A stretch of 64,000 nucleotides of DNA from the human T2T-CHM13v2.0 reference genome, Homo sapiens (GCF_009914755.1 NC_060925.1); one strand, 5' to 3'. Shown: positions 1 through 15,189, numbered from the stretch's first letter. Notes: generated from the sequence alone by a model not told the origin. Translations and numbers: made by a program.

Positions 1-173
1 AAAATTAGCTGGGTGTGGTGGCGGGTGCCTGTAATCCCAACTACTTGGGAGGCTGAGGCAGGAGAATGGCTCCAACTCGGGAGGCAGAGGTTGCAGTGAG
101 CTGAGATTGGGCCCACTGCACTCCAGCCTGGGCGACAGAGCAAGACTTCATCCCAAAAAAAAAAAAAAAAAAA
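1..173 (+). mobile_element. Alu right arm (cut by window edge)
   Basis: Alu right-monomer sequence with poly(A) at 155-173. Confidence 0.95.
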
Positions 174-402
174 GAAAGCAAGAGTGACCTGAGCAGGTTA
201 GCATGCTCAGACCCCATGCCATGTGATACCCTGCACTGCCTGGTGACCCTGCACAGAGACTTCACCAGCAACAAGACTCTTACCAGATGCAGCCTGGGCC
301 TTGGACTTCTCAGACTCCATAACTATAAGAAATACATTTATTTTCTTCATAAATTATGCAATTTCAGGAACTGTTATAAACAACAGAAAGTAAACAAATA
401 CA
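174..402 (+). mobile_element. ERVL-MaLR LTR 3' part (MST-like)
   Basis: accagatgcagcc...ttggacttctcagactcc...ataagaaata...ctgttata..caacagaaa...CA end, typical of MST LTRs. Confidence 0.7.
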
Positions 403-754
403 GTTATGCGTCTTCTGCCTGGTTTTCTTGAAAGTCTTGCCCTAGGGGAAGTGAGCCACCATGTAAGAAGTTTGACTTATCTGAAACTATCTGATGAAGA
501 GACCATGTGTAGGCACTTTGATCAGCCATTTAGCTGAGATCAGGCTTTGCAGAATGATCACATATCAGATGTGAATGACTCTGTCTTGAATCTTCCAGCT
601 GCTCCCAGTCAGCGGTACAAGGAATAGGAAATTGTCCAGAAAAACTCAGCTTGGATTTCTGACCTACAAAATTGTGAAACATAGTAAAATGGTTGTTCGT
701 GTAAGCCACAAGATTTTAGGATAATTTATTGTACGACCATAGATACCCATAACA
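403..754 (+). mobile_element. ERVL-MaLR LTR (old MLT1-like)
   Basis: tttctgacctacaaaattgtgaaa...aaaatggttgt..taagccac...gataatttattgtac..atagatac..aaca 3' terminus. Confidence 0.65.
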
Positions 755-1979
755 ATTACTATTAATAAAAGCTAGCATCCACTGAGCTCTTTTTTATCTC
801 TTAGGCACTTATTTAATCGTTAGGTAAATACTAACATTATCTCCATTTTCTAGTGGGGAGCAAAAAAAACTGACGCAAGAACACACAGTTTGGAAGAGAT
901 GAAGTCAGGATTTAAATGCAAGACCTGCATTTTAACTGCTATGGTCTACAAAGTCCCTGCCCTCAAGGAGCTCACAACCAGTAGAGAAATAAGCTCGTAA
1001 GTGATTATAATAAAATGTGACAAGATGCTATGGGCTTATGCAAGATGCCATGAGAATTTAAAAGAGAGGTAATATAATTTTTTTGGAGTGAGTAGAGAAT
1101 AGGAAAAAAGTAAAACAAAAATTGAAAACATAGTGTGATTATGTGAAGATCAGGTGCTTCAGAGAAGAATACTGGCCATCATTTTCTTTTTCTTTCTTTT
1201 TTTTTTCTTTTTTAGTCGGAGACAAATATAGCTGAAGCAAAAGAAAGTGACAAGATGGAACAAAAAATTTGAGGTGGTAATATAGGAAAGGTTAGCATGG
1301 ACCATCTCATTCCATGCTGAAGCTTTTGTAATTTTTTATATAAGTGATAAGAAATCATTGAAAAAAATTGATTAGAGAAGCAGCAAAAGAGAGCTTGCAG
1401 TTTTACAGTATAATTCTGGTTGAAGTGTGGAAGACGAACTGAATTGAATTTAGAAATAGGTACTCAAATACATATTTTATATAAAAAAAGATGGATTAAT
1501 TTAAGCTGTAATTTCATTTCTCTTTGTCCTTCTCTACTGCCTTAGGCAATTTGTCTTATCATTTACAGAAAAACAATATAGAATATACAAAACAGTACAT
1601 ACACACAGCGATAATAAGAAACAACATTTATTGAACACTTACTATGTGTGCTGTCCTTTAATCCTAACAATAAATCACATTGTAAAACTTAATATCTTTT
1701 TTATAGGGGGGGAACTGAGGTATAGTTTATTAAAGATTAGTTATTTGGTCGCAGAGCTGGAATTTCAGCCAAATTTCAGTTCCAAGTTCTGAGACAGAGT
1801 TCAGTAGTGGCAAACCCTGAAGCAGATATTTTTAATTTAACTTAGTAAAATTTATCATAGAAACATGGATACAGTGCTAGGAATATAAAGGAAAGGGGCC
1901 CTTAGCCAAAGTGAAAAGTTTGGGAAAGCCTTTCTCAAGTGCATGAGGGAATCCCAAAGGATGAATTTCTTCCTTCAAG

Positions 1980-3280
1980 TATTCATTCTTTCATTCATAA
2001 AATATTTTAGAGTGCCTATGATCCCAGGCACCATGCCAAGGGAATAAGAGAGTTGTGGGTTTTGCATACTTGAAGGATAGTTTGTAGAATGTAGCATTAA
2101 TAAAAAAAATTACAAGATTAAATAACATTATGAAAAGAAAAGTACATGGTTCTATGTAAGCTCCTCAAAAAGGAATCCTCATCTAACCTGGGGAGGTAAG
2201 GTTTAAGCCAAGTGTTAAAGGGTGAGTAAGAGTTATTCTGGTGAGGCGGGGGAATGTGATGTAGGAAGAGCATTTCAGGCACAGGGAAAATCATAATGCA
2301 GGCAGACAGATGGATGAGCACATGAACGGAAAGATATTAAACGTGATGACAACAGAGAGTAAAAAGCAGAATTATTAGTGTAATAGGCAGGCCTAATCCA
2401 TGAGGAGTTTAATGGCATCCTATGGACTATGAGTACCATTTGAAGGCATTTAAAAATTTGATTTAGGGTTTATTAAGTTCACTCTGGCTGCTGTGTGCAG
2501 AATGAGTTGACAAAGCACCAGGATGGGAGTGTGGGTACATGGATAAATTGTAAACATATTTTTGAAATATAACTGATAAGATTTGGTGATTGATTATATA
2601 TCAGGATTGAAAAAGGAAAGAGCAATGTAAAGGATACTTTGTCCATTTATAGATTGCATGACTGCATAGATGGTTGTACATGGAGAACTGCAGGAACAGG
2701 AAGAGGACTAATGGGGTAGGGGAGGGGAAGAGAAAATGGGGATGGGAAGGAGCTAGTCCAAGCTTAGTATGAGCTCTGAGCTACTCAAGGTAAGAGCTAA
2801 TTAATAGTTGGATATTTGGAGTTAGGAATGATATCTGTAGTGAAGATATAGATTTTTAAATCCCTGCAAATAGATATATGGTACATGAAGTCATGTAATT
2901 ACTTAGGAGGGGAAAATAGAGTGACAAGATAAGGCTGCCATGGGCAGAGGGATGAAGAACATTTCAGGGTTGGATGTGTTAGGAGACAAAGGAGACAGTA
3001 GAATATCTTAGAGAGTTAGGAGTTAAACCTGAGCAAGACCATGTAATAGAGAGTTTCAAGGTGGAGGAAGTAGTTTACGTGTCATTTGCTGCCAATAGAA
3101 AATGTGGAGCTGAAAATGAAAGTGTTTAATTGTGCCCTTTAGGATAACATTTGTTTCAGTGGGGTGTTAAGGGCAGGTTGCAGTGTGAAGGGGGGAAGTC
3201 TCTTGAAAGAAATTTGACTGTGAAGGATATAAAACAGCACCTGGGTGAGATTCAGGATCAAGGAAGGCATTTTATTGTTT
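1980..3280 (-). mobile_element. LINE-2 remnant(s)
   Basis: Starts attcattctttcattc..gagtgcctatg (reverse L2 3' end); purine-rich L2 body motifs such as actctggctgctgtgtg. Confidence 0.6.
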
Positions 3281-4229
3281 ATTGGAGGTTTCTTTTTCTG
3301 TTTTTATTTATTTATTTATTTATTTATTTATTCTTAGTTTTAGAGTGGAAGATTCTAGGTAGTATTTGAATGTTCTTGTCAGAGTTCACCAGGCAGAGAA
3401 AGGTAAGTATTTGTATGTCAAGTCTTGCTCATCCCACCAAGGGAACGGAGTTATTTCAAAGAATGAGATCAAAGAGAAAAAAGAGATCACAAAGATCAAA
3501 ATTTGCTTGGAAGGTGAGAACATGACCAGAAAATATATTACTACAATAATTTTAAGAAATCTTTTCCAGAGTCTTTTTTTTCTTATCACTTCAAATAAAT
3601 CTGTGGTCATTTGTATAGCCATTAATTCTGCCTTGTGAGATTTGTGGTTCTTTCAATGCAGTTAATAACCCTGATGTTTATTTAGAGTAGATATCATTTC
3701 AACATTCTGCATGTCAGATGTGCCCAATGAAAGCATATTTTCATGTCTGTATTTCTCAAATACCTAAGCTCATCTTCATATTATAAACAAGAATTTGTTT
3801 TCTAAAAGTAATTCTAGATTCTCGGTTCCTGAAAACACAAAGACTTAACACAGGTTGCTAGCCACCTTTATTGAAATCCAACACCTGATGTGACATAGAA
3901 GTGAGATAAAATTTCTCACTCTGAAAAATTAATGATGACAACAGCAACAGCAAAAAAAGAATCCCTGAGGAGAACATTGTTGGCCCCTTCCTCACTGTAA
4001 AATACAAAAAAGCAGCTCTAGTCAGCACCATGGATGGTATAAGCAAAACAGAGAGGCATTCAAACCCATATTGCTATGAAGGACATGAAAACAGGCGCTG
4101 GCTGATCATGTAGCTCCTGGGTACTTCTACTCACAGTTCTCGCCTACCCTGACTCCAACATTGGAGCCTCAGTCATAGCATGGTTAATGTAGACATGAAG
4201 CAAACTGGCTGTCCATTACTGGGAGAACA

Positions 4230-4500
4230 GAAAATTAAATATGGTGGACACATACTATGAAATACTATGCAACAGTTGGAAGCAATGAATTAGGTATGCA
4301 TTCAAAATCATGGATAAATGTTAATATATTTTGGGGGTTTAAAAAAGTGTAAGAAATAGAAAGATAACTATAATTTATACTATAATACCATTTACTTAAT
4401 TTTTTAAAGATTCAAAACAATACTTAACAAGGATAGAACATACAAATGGACATATCTTAAACAAAATAGTGTGAGTCCCTGCTGAGAGAGGGGGTCGGAA
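4230..4500 (+). mobile_element. Old L1 (L1M-type) 3' fragment
   Basis: catactatgaaatactatgcaacagtt..aatgaatta..atggataaat, a typical L1 3' region. Confidence 0.5.
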
Positions 4501-7489
4501 AAGAATGGAACTAGTGACCATTGATGAAAAGGATAATTAGTAGAAATAAAATGAAATGAGAACTAATAATGATGATGTGCCATGAACCTAGACTTATGAT
4601 TAAAACATGTCTCTGTATCACCATCCAAAAAAGATAAAAGAAATTATAACAAAACCAGCTGTAAAAAATTGCACAATGAAATATGCAAATAGGTTTATAG
4701 TTAATGTAATTTTCAGATTGCAAACTGCCCAAATGTAAATTTAGAAGGGGATAAGCTTTCTGCTACTGAGCCATTTCAGATGAACAAACAATTCAGCAGC
4801 CATTCCTACAGGCTATTATTGATTCATCAAACTCTCCCTAGTAGTTTCAAAAGGCACATAGTGAAAAGGGTCATAGAGGGTACAAAATAAGATTTTCAAT
4901 GAAGTGACCCTTTGATGAAAGAACAGGAAATTTGGAGAAGGGTTAAATAATCTCAGTAGGCTAGTAAAAACCTCAAAAGATTGATCAATTTTGTCAAGCT
5001 CATTTTGAAACTGCTTTCATATATCATAAAATATTTTTGAGAGACAAAGATATAAGGCATTACCAATTAATAAATAACAGAAAATCTATATACTGGACAA
5101 TTTTATTAAATTAATATTTTATACTTGTGTTGAATGTCAGTCTTGACCTAAACAATGCCATGACTTTGAGTAGAACAAAAGAAGGTTGAAAACGTCCTTC
5201 ACATGAAAGTTTTATATTCTGACAGTACAAAGGAATGAAATACTTTCTCATCTGAAATAGCAGTTGTCTGGGAGGTTCTTTTATTCTTTCATTGGCACAT
5301 AGTAAATTGAGTCTTTTCAACAGTAATGCAATTGGGAACTTTAAAGATAATTAAGAAACATAAAATATGTCAGTCTCCTCAAACATAGTTGGAATATGAG
5401 TTTTAATCTCTCTCCTTGAAGAACAGTGGTATAAGTTTAGGTCTCATCATTTTTAAAATAATATTATTTAAATACATACCAAGAAAAATGTCTAATAACT
5501 GTGTACAGAAAAATAAAATTTCTGTGTTCTATAAATATTTAAGAGCTGTACTTGAAATATATTGCTAATATGAGCAAAAATATTTTAATATTTTGATACA
5601 ATGTAGCAACAAATATTAAAAAAGAGAAAGGAAATCCTGTAATAAAAATTAGGTTTGATGACTTGCTCTGGTATAAATGTCGGGAATCAGTTCTCTCCTG
5701 ACTATCTTGGAGGTCACAGACAACACAGAGGGACAAGCAAATATCTATCTGTCCCAACCTCTGCAGCTAAATTGATTGCAGCACAGCTTCACTGGTTGCA
5801 GAACCAACACCAACTCCCTATAGTATCTGTAGTCTCCATGAGGTTTCTAACCATCCCATCTAGTTTATAGAATTTAAGATGGAACCTTGTGATTCACACC
5901 AGCAACATTAGCATAGGTGATTTGTGCCTCAACTCCCATTCAAAAGAGTAAATTTTCATGAAATTTCATATAGGTGAAACCCTTCCAAACATTGTCATCT
6001 TATTCATAATCCACTCTCAAATTACTCTTTTCCCATTTCCTCTGTGATCTGCCTCCACATTCTACAATAACTCAGTCTATGATCAAGAGAGATATTACTC
6101 CCAATTCAGAGTTGCTCCTGAGAAGCACATTTTAGTTCCCCCTTAAAGGCTCTCGATACATTGAGTACATAAATCTCTGAGCAATTAACATTGACAGTCC
6201 CCACCTGGTCCAAGATATGACTGACCTCTTGTTATCAGCGCTCCTACTCAGTTCCAGTGGTGTTTTCCTCAGGATCCATCATCATTACAAAAGTTGAACA
6301 CCAACATTGCATAGGTCCTATATAGCACATGTGGAAATAAAACAGAATCCTAGCTATAGTTCTGCCTAATTAAAAAGAAAATTTTGCTGTGCTCTAAAAT
6401 AAAATACAGAGTCTCACCAAGAAGTCTCCTCAAAGAGACGTAAGACTGCCATTAAAGTATCTAACTTTTAAACATCTCAGACCCAGGGAAGTTTTCTGTA
6501 TGCTAATTTAAATATTTCTAACATAAAATAGAGAGCTTGTCATTAGATGACACATGCACAGAATAACATTCAACCTTCAGAGTTACAAGGCCAAAGCAGT
6601 TCTCATTAAACAAGACATCGACAAAAAGAATGGTTCTCCGTTCTGTACATCTTTATGGAGAATGAAGGAGGCCACCTTTCTTGGGCTCATGAATTCTCTT
6701 TTCTCCTCTCAGAGCAGGAATTCATCACACAAGGTTTAATTTGAGAAAACATCTCCTTGGAGTTACAACTTAGCATAGCCGAATGCAGATCTACGTTTTA
6801 ATTCCAATTTTGCTACTAATAAGTTATGTGAGTTTGGGGGAGAAAGCAAACACTTCAACTCTATAGGCCTCAGTATACAAATGTATGCACTAAGAAGTTT
6901 ATATTAGATGATTTCAAAGGTTCTTTTTACCTCTCATTTTTATGTTTCTTTATTCTAAACTGAATTTCATGGTTGTTTAATTTGTTTGATAATTGCATCA
7001 TATATATCTAGGGAATGCTAGGTGTGTGCTAAATATTGAAATACAAAGCCAAAAAGCCACAGCATACATTTTATGTATCTATAAAAACATCAATATTACA
7101 TAATATATATTATACGAACATTATACGAAAGATATTCTCAAGATGAGAAAAAGAAGTGATGAATTCTTTCTGGGATATAGAAACAGTTATCTCAATGGAA
7201 GCGTTATTTGATTCAGACCTTGAAGGATGACTTATTTCCTGCAGAGTGGGGTGGACAGAGATGCCATTTCCAAGTCCCTTCAAATTCTGTGATTCCAAAA
7301 AATAATTTACTGATATTTTGACCAAGTATTATACAAATAAATATCACCATTACTAGAAATAATAAATATTTGAATGTGTACCTCAATGTTAAAAGTTATA
7401 AAATTGAAACTAAAGCCACTGGATCACCTCACAGTCACTACTGTATCAAAGACTAGACTATTAACATTTAACTTCCTTTTTCCATTTGT

Positions 7490-7920
7490 ATTCTTTCAGG
7501 GCTTTTGGTGGCAAATGACAAAACCCAACTTGAACTACATAATGGAAAAGCAGAAATGCTGCTAGACCTCAGGGACAGTGGAAATTCAGAACAACGGAAA
7601 CTGCCTACACTCGAAATTGCCAACTTGACTTCATTCTCTTAGTTTAGCTTCTTCTATTTGATGAAAAACACAGCTGCTAGCAGCATCTGAAACTCTAAAC
7701 TTACAACTTCTGCTCTTCCCGCTCCACCTCCTGCTTCTACTGGTTCTTCTTCCTCAACTCCAATTTGGAAAAGAAAATTACTAGTTTGGGTCTTGTGCTC
7801 CCCATCAGATGAGTCAATTGAGGTTTTCGCGACAAGTAATATCATCGGACCCATTTGATTCTGGTAACCAGCATAGAATCAGCACTGTCACTAGGAAGCG
7901 AAGGTAATATAAGTACATGT
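7490..7920 (-). mobile_element. Old MLT1-like LTR
   Basis: tcagggcttttggtggcaaatgacaaaacccaact opening typical of reverse MLT1J/K/L. Confidence 0.5.
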
Positions 7921-7924
7921 TCAG

Positions 7925-8115
7925 GCCCCACCATTTACTGGCTGTGTGATATTGGAAAAGCTACTTGATTTTTCTAGGTCTCCTTTTCCTCATCTGTAAC
8001 ATGGAAGAAATACTAATTCCCAACTTAGAGCAATATTGTGAATATTAAATGAATTAATGTACATGAAGTGATTAGCATAAGATCAGGTACATATGAAATG
8101 CACAATTAAATAGTG
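7925..8115 (+). mobile_element. MIR SINE
   Basis: ccatttactggctgtgtga..ctcatctgtaa.atgg..attaaatga MIR core. Confidence 0.75.
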
Positions 8116-9119
8116 AATAGTATTTTTAAATTATTATGTTCATCATCATCATGGAAGCTCTCGTTAGAATCACATTTTTGGAAGAGGGATAGGTGAGTTC
8201 CCCAGAAAAATAGTGGAAAGTATTGGACAAGTAAAATAGATGTTTTATTTACACCGCTGCTAGAACAACTTATTTTGAAAATTATTTTTGAGCAAGAATA
8301 TAAAAAACGGTTAAATAAAAAAATGAAAAGATGAATCATTCATCTAATGGAGAAGAAAAACAAGGATAATTAGAATAAATTTACAGATAACTAAAAAGAA
8401 AGCAAAAGTCTTTTTTATGGTGTAGCAGCTAATATATCCTATTTTTCCTTTGATCATATAAATGCATTAGAGTCACAAATTTTACTCACAGTGCGATTCA
8501 GATGTCTTCCTCTGGGGCCACACCCACTGGTAAAGAGGAGGGGAGACATGAAAGAAAATAAATGAAATATTAATTATAGACTTTATACATAATTTATATA
8601 TTATAAATTATATGATTTAGTATAATACAACTTTCAGGTAGGGTCCAGCTTTCCTTGGCAAAAATATTCAGTGGTTTATTTAGATTCCTTTCCTTGCTTC
8701 TTTCTCTGAAATGTTGTCTGGATAAGTGATTGTAGTTGGAGGAAGGAGAGGAGTTTTGCAGCTTTTATGTCCTTGAGGATTGCCAGGGGTGATAAGGCTT
8801 ACTAGCTGCATGCAGGTCCCAAGTGGGACACACTGGACTTAGGGATACTGGCCCTGCTGACATCTTGTGAATCAAGTTTCTGATTGCACTGTTTATGATT
8901 TGGTCTCTCTTGCTTGGTCAGGGCCTGGTAGTTCTCCTTGACTATCTCCATCTCAGTGTGGCTACCGCTGACTGGAGATACTTTGGTGAACACCAGCCTT
9001 TTCATCCAGCCTAGACTGGTTCTTCTGCAGCCTCTGCCTCTGCTGGAGGTGTATCTGCCCCTGACATGGTGAGTCTCATGACAAGCCTGCTGGCACTCAA
9101 GGCAGCATTAGCATCACCC

Positions 9120-9450
9120 GGGAATGCCACTCTTTCAGATATCCACTTGGTGTACTGCCTCATCTCCTTCAGGATTTTACTCAAGGATCACTTTTCAGTG
9201 AGGCCTAAATAAAAGTGTATCTCCCACAGCACTTCCTATTCCCCTTCTTGCTTAGCTGGTAATGCCATCTAACTTTTAACATATTTTATTTATTTATTTT
9301 TTAATGTGTGTCTTTCTTTCACTAGAATGTAAGCTCCATGAGGGTAGAGACTTTCATCTCTGTTTAATACAGCATATCCCATGTTTAGAACATAGCCTGG
9401 AACAAAGCAAGCAGTGAATACGTATTTGTTGAATACATGAATAAACAAAT
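9120..9450 (+). mobile_element. LINE-2 3' end
   Basis: actagaatgtaagctccatgagggtagagac...tatttgttgaata, the L2 terminus. Confidence 0.75.
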
Positions 9451-9884
9451 AGAAACCAGGAAATGCTGCAGAGTCCAAATACATTCTCTCTCTCTGTGTG
9501 AATATACGGTTTAATTCTCCTAACTAGTGTGGCTCCTGGCACACAGTAGGTGAATGAATAAAAGGGTCTACCTTCAATTTGTCCCTTACTCCTTGGTATG
9601 GCTCAGCCAATGTGGTCCTTGAGCTAGCCATCTGGCCCCTTTCCAGTGTTTGCTTTCATTCCTCAACTGTTACTTGATGACTCTCCTTCCAGGGTTTTCA
9701 ATTCTGATTTAATTATATGTAAACCACTGTAGCATCCCTCCTTGTGATATGCCCTTGAAGATTCTGTATCTGTCTTTTACCCGTGCTTTATTCTAGCCCC
9801 TGTAACTCCTGGCCTGCTAAAAAGAGGAATTCCTGTGTAGACAGATCTCCACTATCCTTACTCGGTTTCAGGCTGTTAGATTGA

Positions 9885-10206
<322 letters not shown>

Positions 10207-10419
10207 TGCTTATTATCTTTATGGTTACTTCCGGAATGCCTTGTTCATCTCATTTGGACCTCATTGAACAACACACTCAAGTTACCCTGTGTGAAGTTTC
10301 TTTATATAGTCGTACTGCACCTTGCTCCATTTAAAGACCAATGTATTAAGGATCTAAATTCTATAAGCATACTATGAATATTGCAAGTTTATGTACAAGC
10401 TTGCAGCTTTAAAAATAGC

Positions 10420-10670
10420 AAACATTTATTGAGCTTTTATTATGTGCCAGACACTATGCTGTGCATTTTTTATGTATTGCCTTATTTAATTTGCATGTAA
10501 CTTTATGAATAGAGGTTGTGGTTTTAGCCCATTTGCTAGATAAATAAACTAAGATTTAGAGAAACTAAGAAATGTGCCCCAAATCACTCAGTAAGCAGCA
10601 GAATTGAGGTTCATGGTTAGTTGTGTCTGTCATCAAGGCTTATGTTCTGAAGGACCACACTCAACAGCTT
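10420..10670 (-). mobile_element. MIR SINE
   Basis: aacatttattgagc..tatgtgccagacact...cccattt..agataaataaactaag. Confidence 0.7.
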
Positions 10671-13179
10671 CTATTATTTACGGCCACAAAAGAGGAATTT
10701 TACCTTTCCACAATTCATTTATTAAATAAGTGAACTGTGTCAATTCAGAGCCAAGAATTCTTTTAATTTATAATAGAGCAAAAAAGAACATTTTTGTCCA
10801 TCAGAAATATCTTATGATTTGGTAAATTCCCAGAAGAACACTGAGATCACAAATAAACAAATGGATTTCAATAAGACAGAAATATCTTTTTTCTTTTACA
10901 CCAATATCATCTTTTCTTTACTCATTTGTCATGCTATATTGCATTCATATTCCATTGTTTAGAAAAGACAACACAAAACTATTTCTCTAATACCCCCTCT
11001 TATCTCTTTTTACATGTTGATTTTGTCTATTAAGCCACCAAAGTATATACATTTTATTTGGCAATAGTTGCAATTCCAATTAATAGCTTAAATAAATGCA
11101 GCAGCAGCTGGCTGATCAATAATGTGCTAGACCACATTAGAGCATGCAACTCACTCTCAAGGTATTTACTGGTCCTCATGATATTTTAATTACCAATACA
11201 GTCAGGGACAAAGCACATTTTGTTGTATTTTCTCTCTCTTTTTACATGACTCAGCATGGATAAGCTGTGAAATGTATTAGAAAACAATGTTTCTAATGAT
11301 TTTATTTTAAAATATGTTACAGATTCTTCATGCTGAGAAAGTTACCCTCTGAATCCTTAAACTGCCAGGATGAACCAAATGCTTAGAATTCTCCTATAAT
11401 CATTTCTGAAATCTCTAAAACGAGGGAAATCTTCAGAACAGGAATCACTTTATGAACCATGACCGTCTCCCACTTTGTGTTCACATGGGGCTGAATTTCT
11501 GTGGCCTCATAAGTGAATGTTTAAATCCTAAAATAGAAATAGGGATAGAAGATGGTCCACAGAAGATAAAAATTAGATCAATAGATTATAACTGCCCCGG
11601 GGACCACAGCCATAGCAATTTAGAGCTAAATTTCCTCCATATCAAATCACTCAAGCATCATTGCTAAGTCTATACACACACTTGCTTTCTCTTTCAGCAA
11701 ATAGGGTCTTTCATGCCTCTTTCAGAGCAGCAACTACTTTTGTCAACAACAAAAGCAGCACACTGCTGTGAAAATAACTTGGAGTAAAAACCAACCAACC
11801 AAATAAAAAATATATTTGTTCCTCAAAATCGAAGTGGAAAGGAAAATACCTGGGGATATTATATTCAAAGAAATATGGTAAGGAAGTTTGCAAAATAATG
11901 CTGTAAGCCTTGTGGGATACACAGCTCTAGAGTTTGAAATTCCTCCAGGAAAGAGGCCATTCTGGCATCCTTTAACAATGAATACTTGTTAAATGAATCT
12001 TTCACATGCTGTTGTGCATTGACAATTTGGTTGAATCAAGAAGCGAGTGAGGAAAACGGGGTTAAATGTATTTATTTTATTTTGTGATTCTAAGGTTCAA
12101 TGTTACTGAATCTACACGTTTCCTGGAGCTCTGACACATAACTGGAGATTCATTAAGTGATTTTAATCATACTTAGACTGTGATTGAGTGAAATGATTAA
12201 AAGAGCCTACTATTGAAAAGAGATGCAGAACTTAGCTCATGGAACTCAGCTCCTGGCTTGAGAACAGAAATGCCCTAGAAACCCATAATATGAGATATCT
12301 GAAATTTGAACATTAATACGTTAAATAACAAAAATAAGTTGTTTTCATGAATTCTGGGATAAAATCAGGGCATTTGTGAAGTGACAGTGAAGCTGAGATA
12401 AAGTTAGGTGTCCTCATTTATTCACCGTGATCAGATACAGTCCTGAAACAGGGACCATAAGGCATGTTAAACATCCACTATACAAGGTACAGTCACATGA
12501 CCTTTGCTAGGATAACTCATTATTTACTGACACTGAAAAATCTGGGTAAGTACTCGTTACATTAGAAAGATTTTGAGAAGTACCATATACCTTATCCCAG
12601 TAATTACATGATATCACAAAATAGGTCACACCCTTATTGTTGTTTACAATTCCAAAAATTTGGTCTACTGCCTCTTAAACAACTTTTCCTAGTCCAAGGT
12701 ACAGTACAAAACGTATTCACAGAGAGAAACATTCCCAAGAAAATTTCATTTAGATTTCAACCCTTCTGTTGGATGGTCACCTTTTCTGGTTATTTTGATA
12801 AATTACTTCACATGGGCAATCCTCAGTATAAAATACTCTCCTAGAGATCCTATTGCAGCCATTTGTTTGAGACACAGGAAATATTTTCCTAAGACTTGAT
12901 GCTATTAGGCTAATTAGAGTCACCCAAGCTACACTGCCTATTTAACAAATAAAATCGCAGGTCTGTTTAGGTTAATGTACATTGTGTCATCGGAAAACAT
13001 ATGCTAGAATCCTCGTGGGAAACATCTTTTCTGATCCTAGCGGTAATGTGACCTTAGTTGTAGTTTGTCCAAAAGCCTTCTTCCAAAATCACTTCTCACC
13101 TTGTCCAGTGGCTTAAGGATTTGATCTTCATTAGAAAGTACAACTTTAATTTCTTTGTAGTCATTTACATTTACACTCT

Positions 13180-13526
<347 letters not shown>

Positions 13527-13559
13527 TAGCATCCAATCAGAGAAGCATGACCATGATGT

Positions 13560-13576
13560 GATGATAGATGATAGAT

Positions 13577-13666
<90 letters not shown>

Positions 13667-13684
13667 GATAGGTAGATAGATAGA
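13560..13684 (+). repeat. (GATA)n compound tetranucleotide microsatellite, within an MLT2-like LTR fragment
   Basis: About 30 GATA/GAT units are directly visible. Confidence 0.97.
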
Positions 13685-14893
13685 GAGTTTTGTTACAGGG
13701 ATTTGACCTTGCAAGATTTGGAAGCTCGAGTTGCTTACACAGTCTCACTAAGGCTGTTTTCTTTGCATCTCACTCTAGACTATTGTGTAGTAGCAATCTA
13801 TTTCCCCTTCATAGTCAGGATCAAACACATCAGCCAATAGAATAATACTTTGCATTGTCTGTTGATTCAGTGGCATAAGGAAACCAAAGTATCCAGGCAG
13901 CAGTTTTAACTACCAGTTGATTGGAATAATTGTTGTGTCCCCAGCAGAGTGTAATGTCATGGAAATGAGAAACAGAAATGTTGCTAGTAGATCACTTAAG
14001 GTATTAGTAAAATGAGTCACTCTCCTTTCTATCCACGAATCCTGGCTATAGGAGGCCAGCAGCATTGGATGCTGATTTCAGGTATATACCACATCTGAGA
14101 GGATACTACACTACTTCTTTACGTGTTGCCAGTGGCCTAGCACCAGTCTTTACTTAAACCAGCTGCTCCAAGATGATGAGGACATGTTAAGACCAGTGAA
14201 TTTCATGACCATGGGCCCAATGTCACACTTGATTCACTGTGAAATGAATTCCTTGGTCAGAAGTGATGCTGTATGAAATACCATTAGGATAGATAAGGCA
14301 CTTTGAAGTCCATGGTTGATAGTTTTGGCAGTAGCATTAGGGGAGGCAAATTCATCTCTAGAGTAAGTGTTTATTTTGTGAGAAATAAGTGTTGCCTCTT
14401 TCACGATGGAAGTTGCCTACCGTAAATAACTCAACATGAAGTAGCTGGTTGGTCTCCCATGAGAATAGTGCCATATCAGGAGCTCCACTAGCTCCATGTT
14501 GTTCTCTGCAGCTGTTGTCTGCTATAATTGAGTACTCAACAGTGAGTATAGTCAGATAAGCCTGGTGAGAGGAAGTTCATAATGCTGGGTCTACATATAA
14601 CCTCTATCTCTGTTATCATAGTCATTAGTTCATGAGCCCACCAAGCAATGACAGCAGTGACTGAAAAAGGAGGCTAACTTTGTCCACAGAATGGGTTCTA
14701 CTATCCATCTGGTTATAAAAATCCTTCTCTGCTGAGGTCATCCTTTGATGCACACTCACAGGGAACATAAATCTTCAACCTCTCTGCCTGTTTGGAAAGG
14801 TCTCCTAACAAGCAATTTTCCAATGGTGTTCCTTTGAAGTCCCTGACAAACCAGTCAAACCATTAGCCACAGCTTATAAATTAGTATAGACTT

Positions 14894-15189
14894 GGCTGAG
14901 CACAGTGGCTCACACCTGTAGTCCCAACACTTTTGGAAGCCCAGGCAGGTGGATTGCATGAGCCGAGGAGTTTGAGACCAGCCTGAGCAATATGGTGAAA
15001 CCCCATGTCTACAAAAAATACAAAAATTAGCCAGATGTGGTGTCATGCATGTGTAGTCCCAGTTACTTGGGAGGCTAAGGTGGGAGGATTGCTTGAGCAC
15101 AGCAAGTCAGAGCTGCAATGAGCCATGACCATGCCACTGCACTCCAGCCTGGGCAACAAGGTGAGACCATTCTCAAAAAAAAAAAAAAA
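14894..15189 (+). mobile_element. Alu (J-like) inserted in ERVL internal sequence
   Basis: Dimer with gaggattgcttgagc and poly(A); TSD-like aaattagtatagact / aaatggtatatact. Confidence 0.95.

Noticed and set aside
5690-6400. Unique-looking stretch that might be a processed pseudogene or ancient element
   Set aside because: No recognisable protein in the frames I examined and no poly(A)/TSD; needs BLAST or Dfam to classify.
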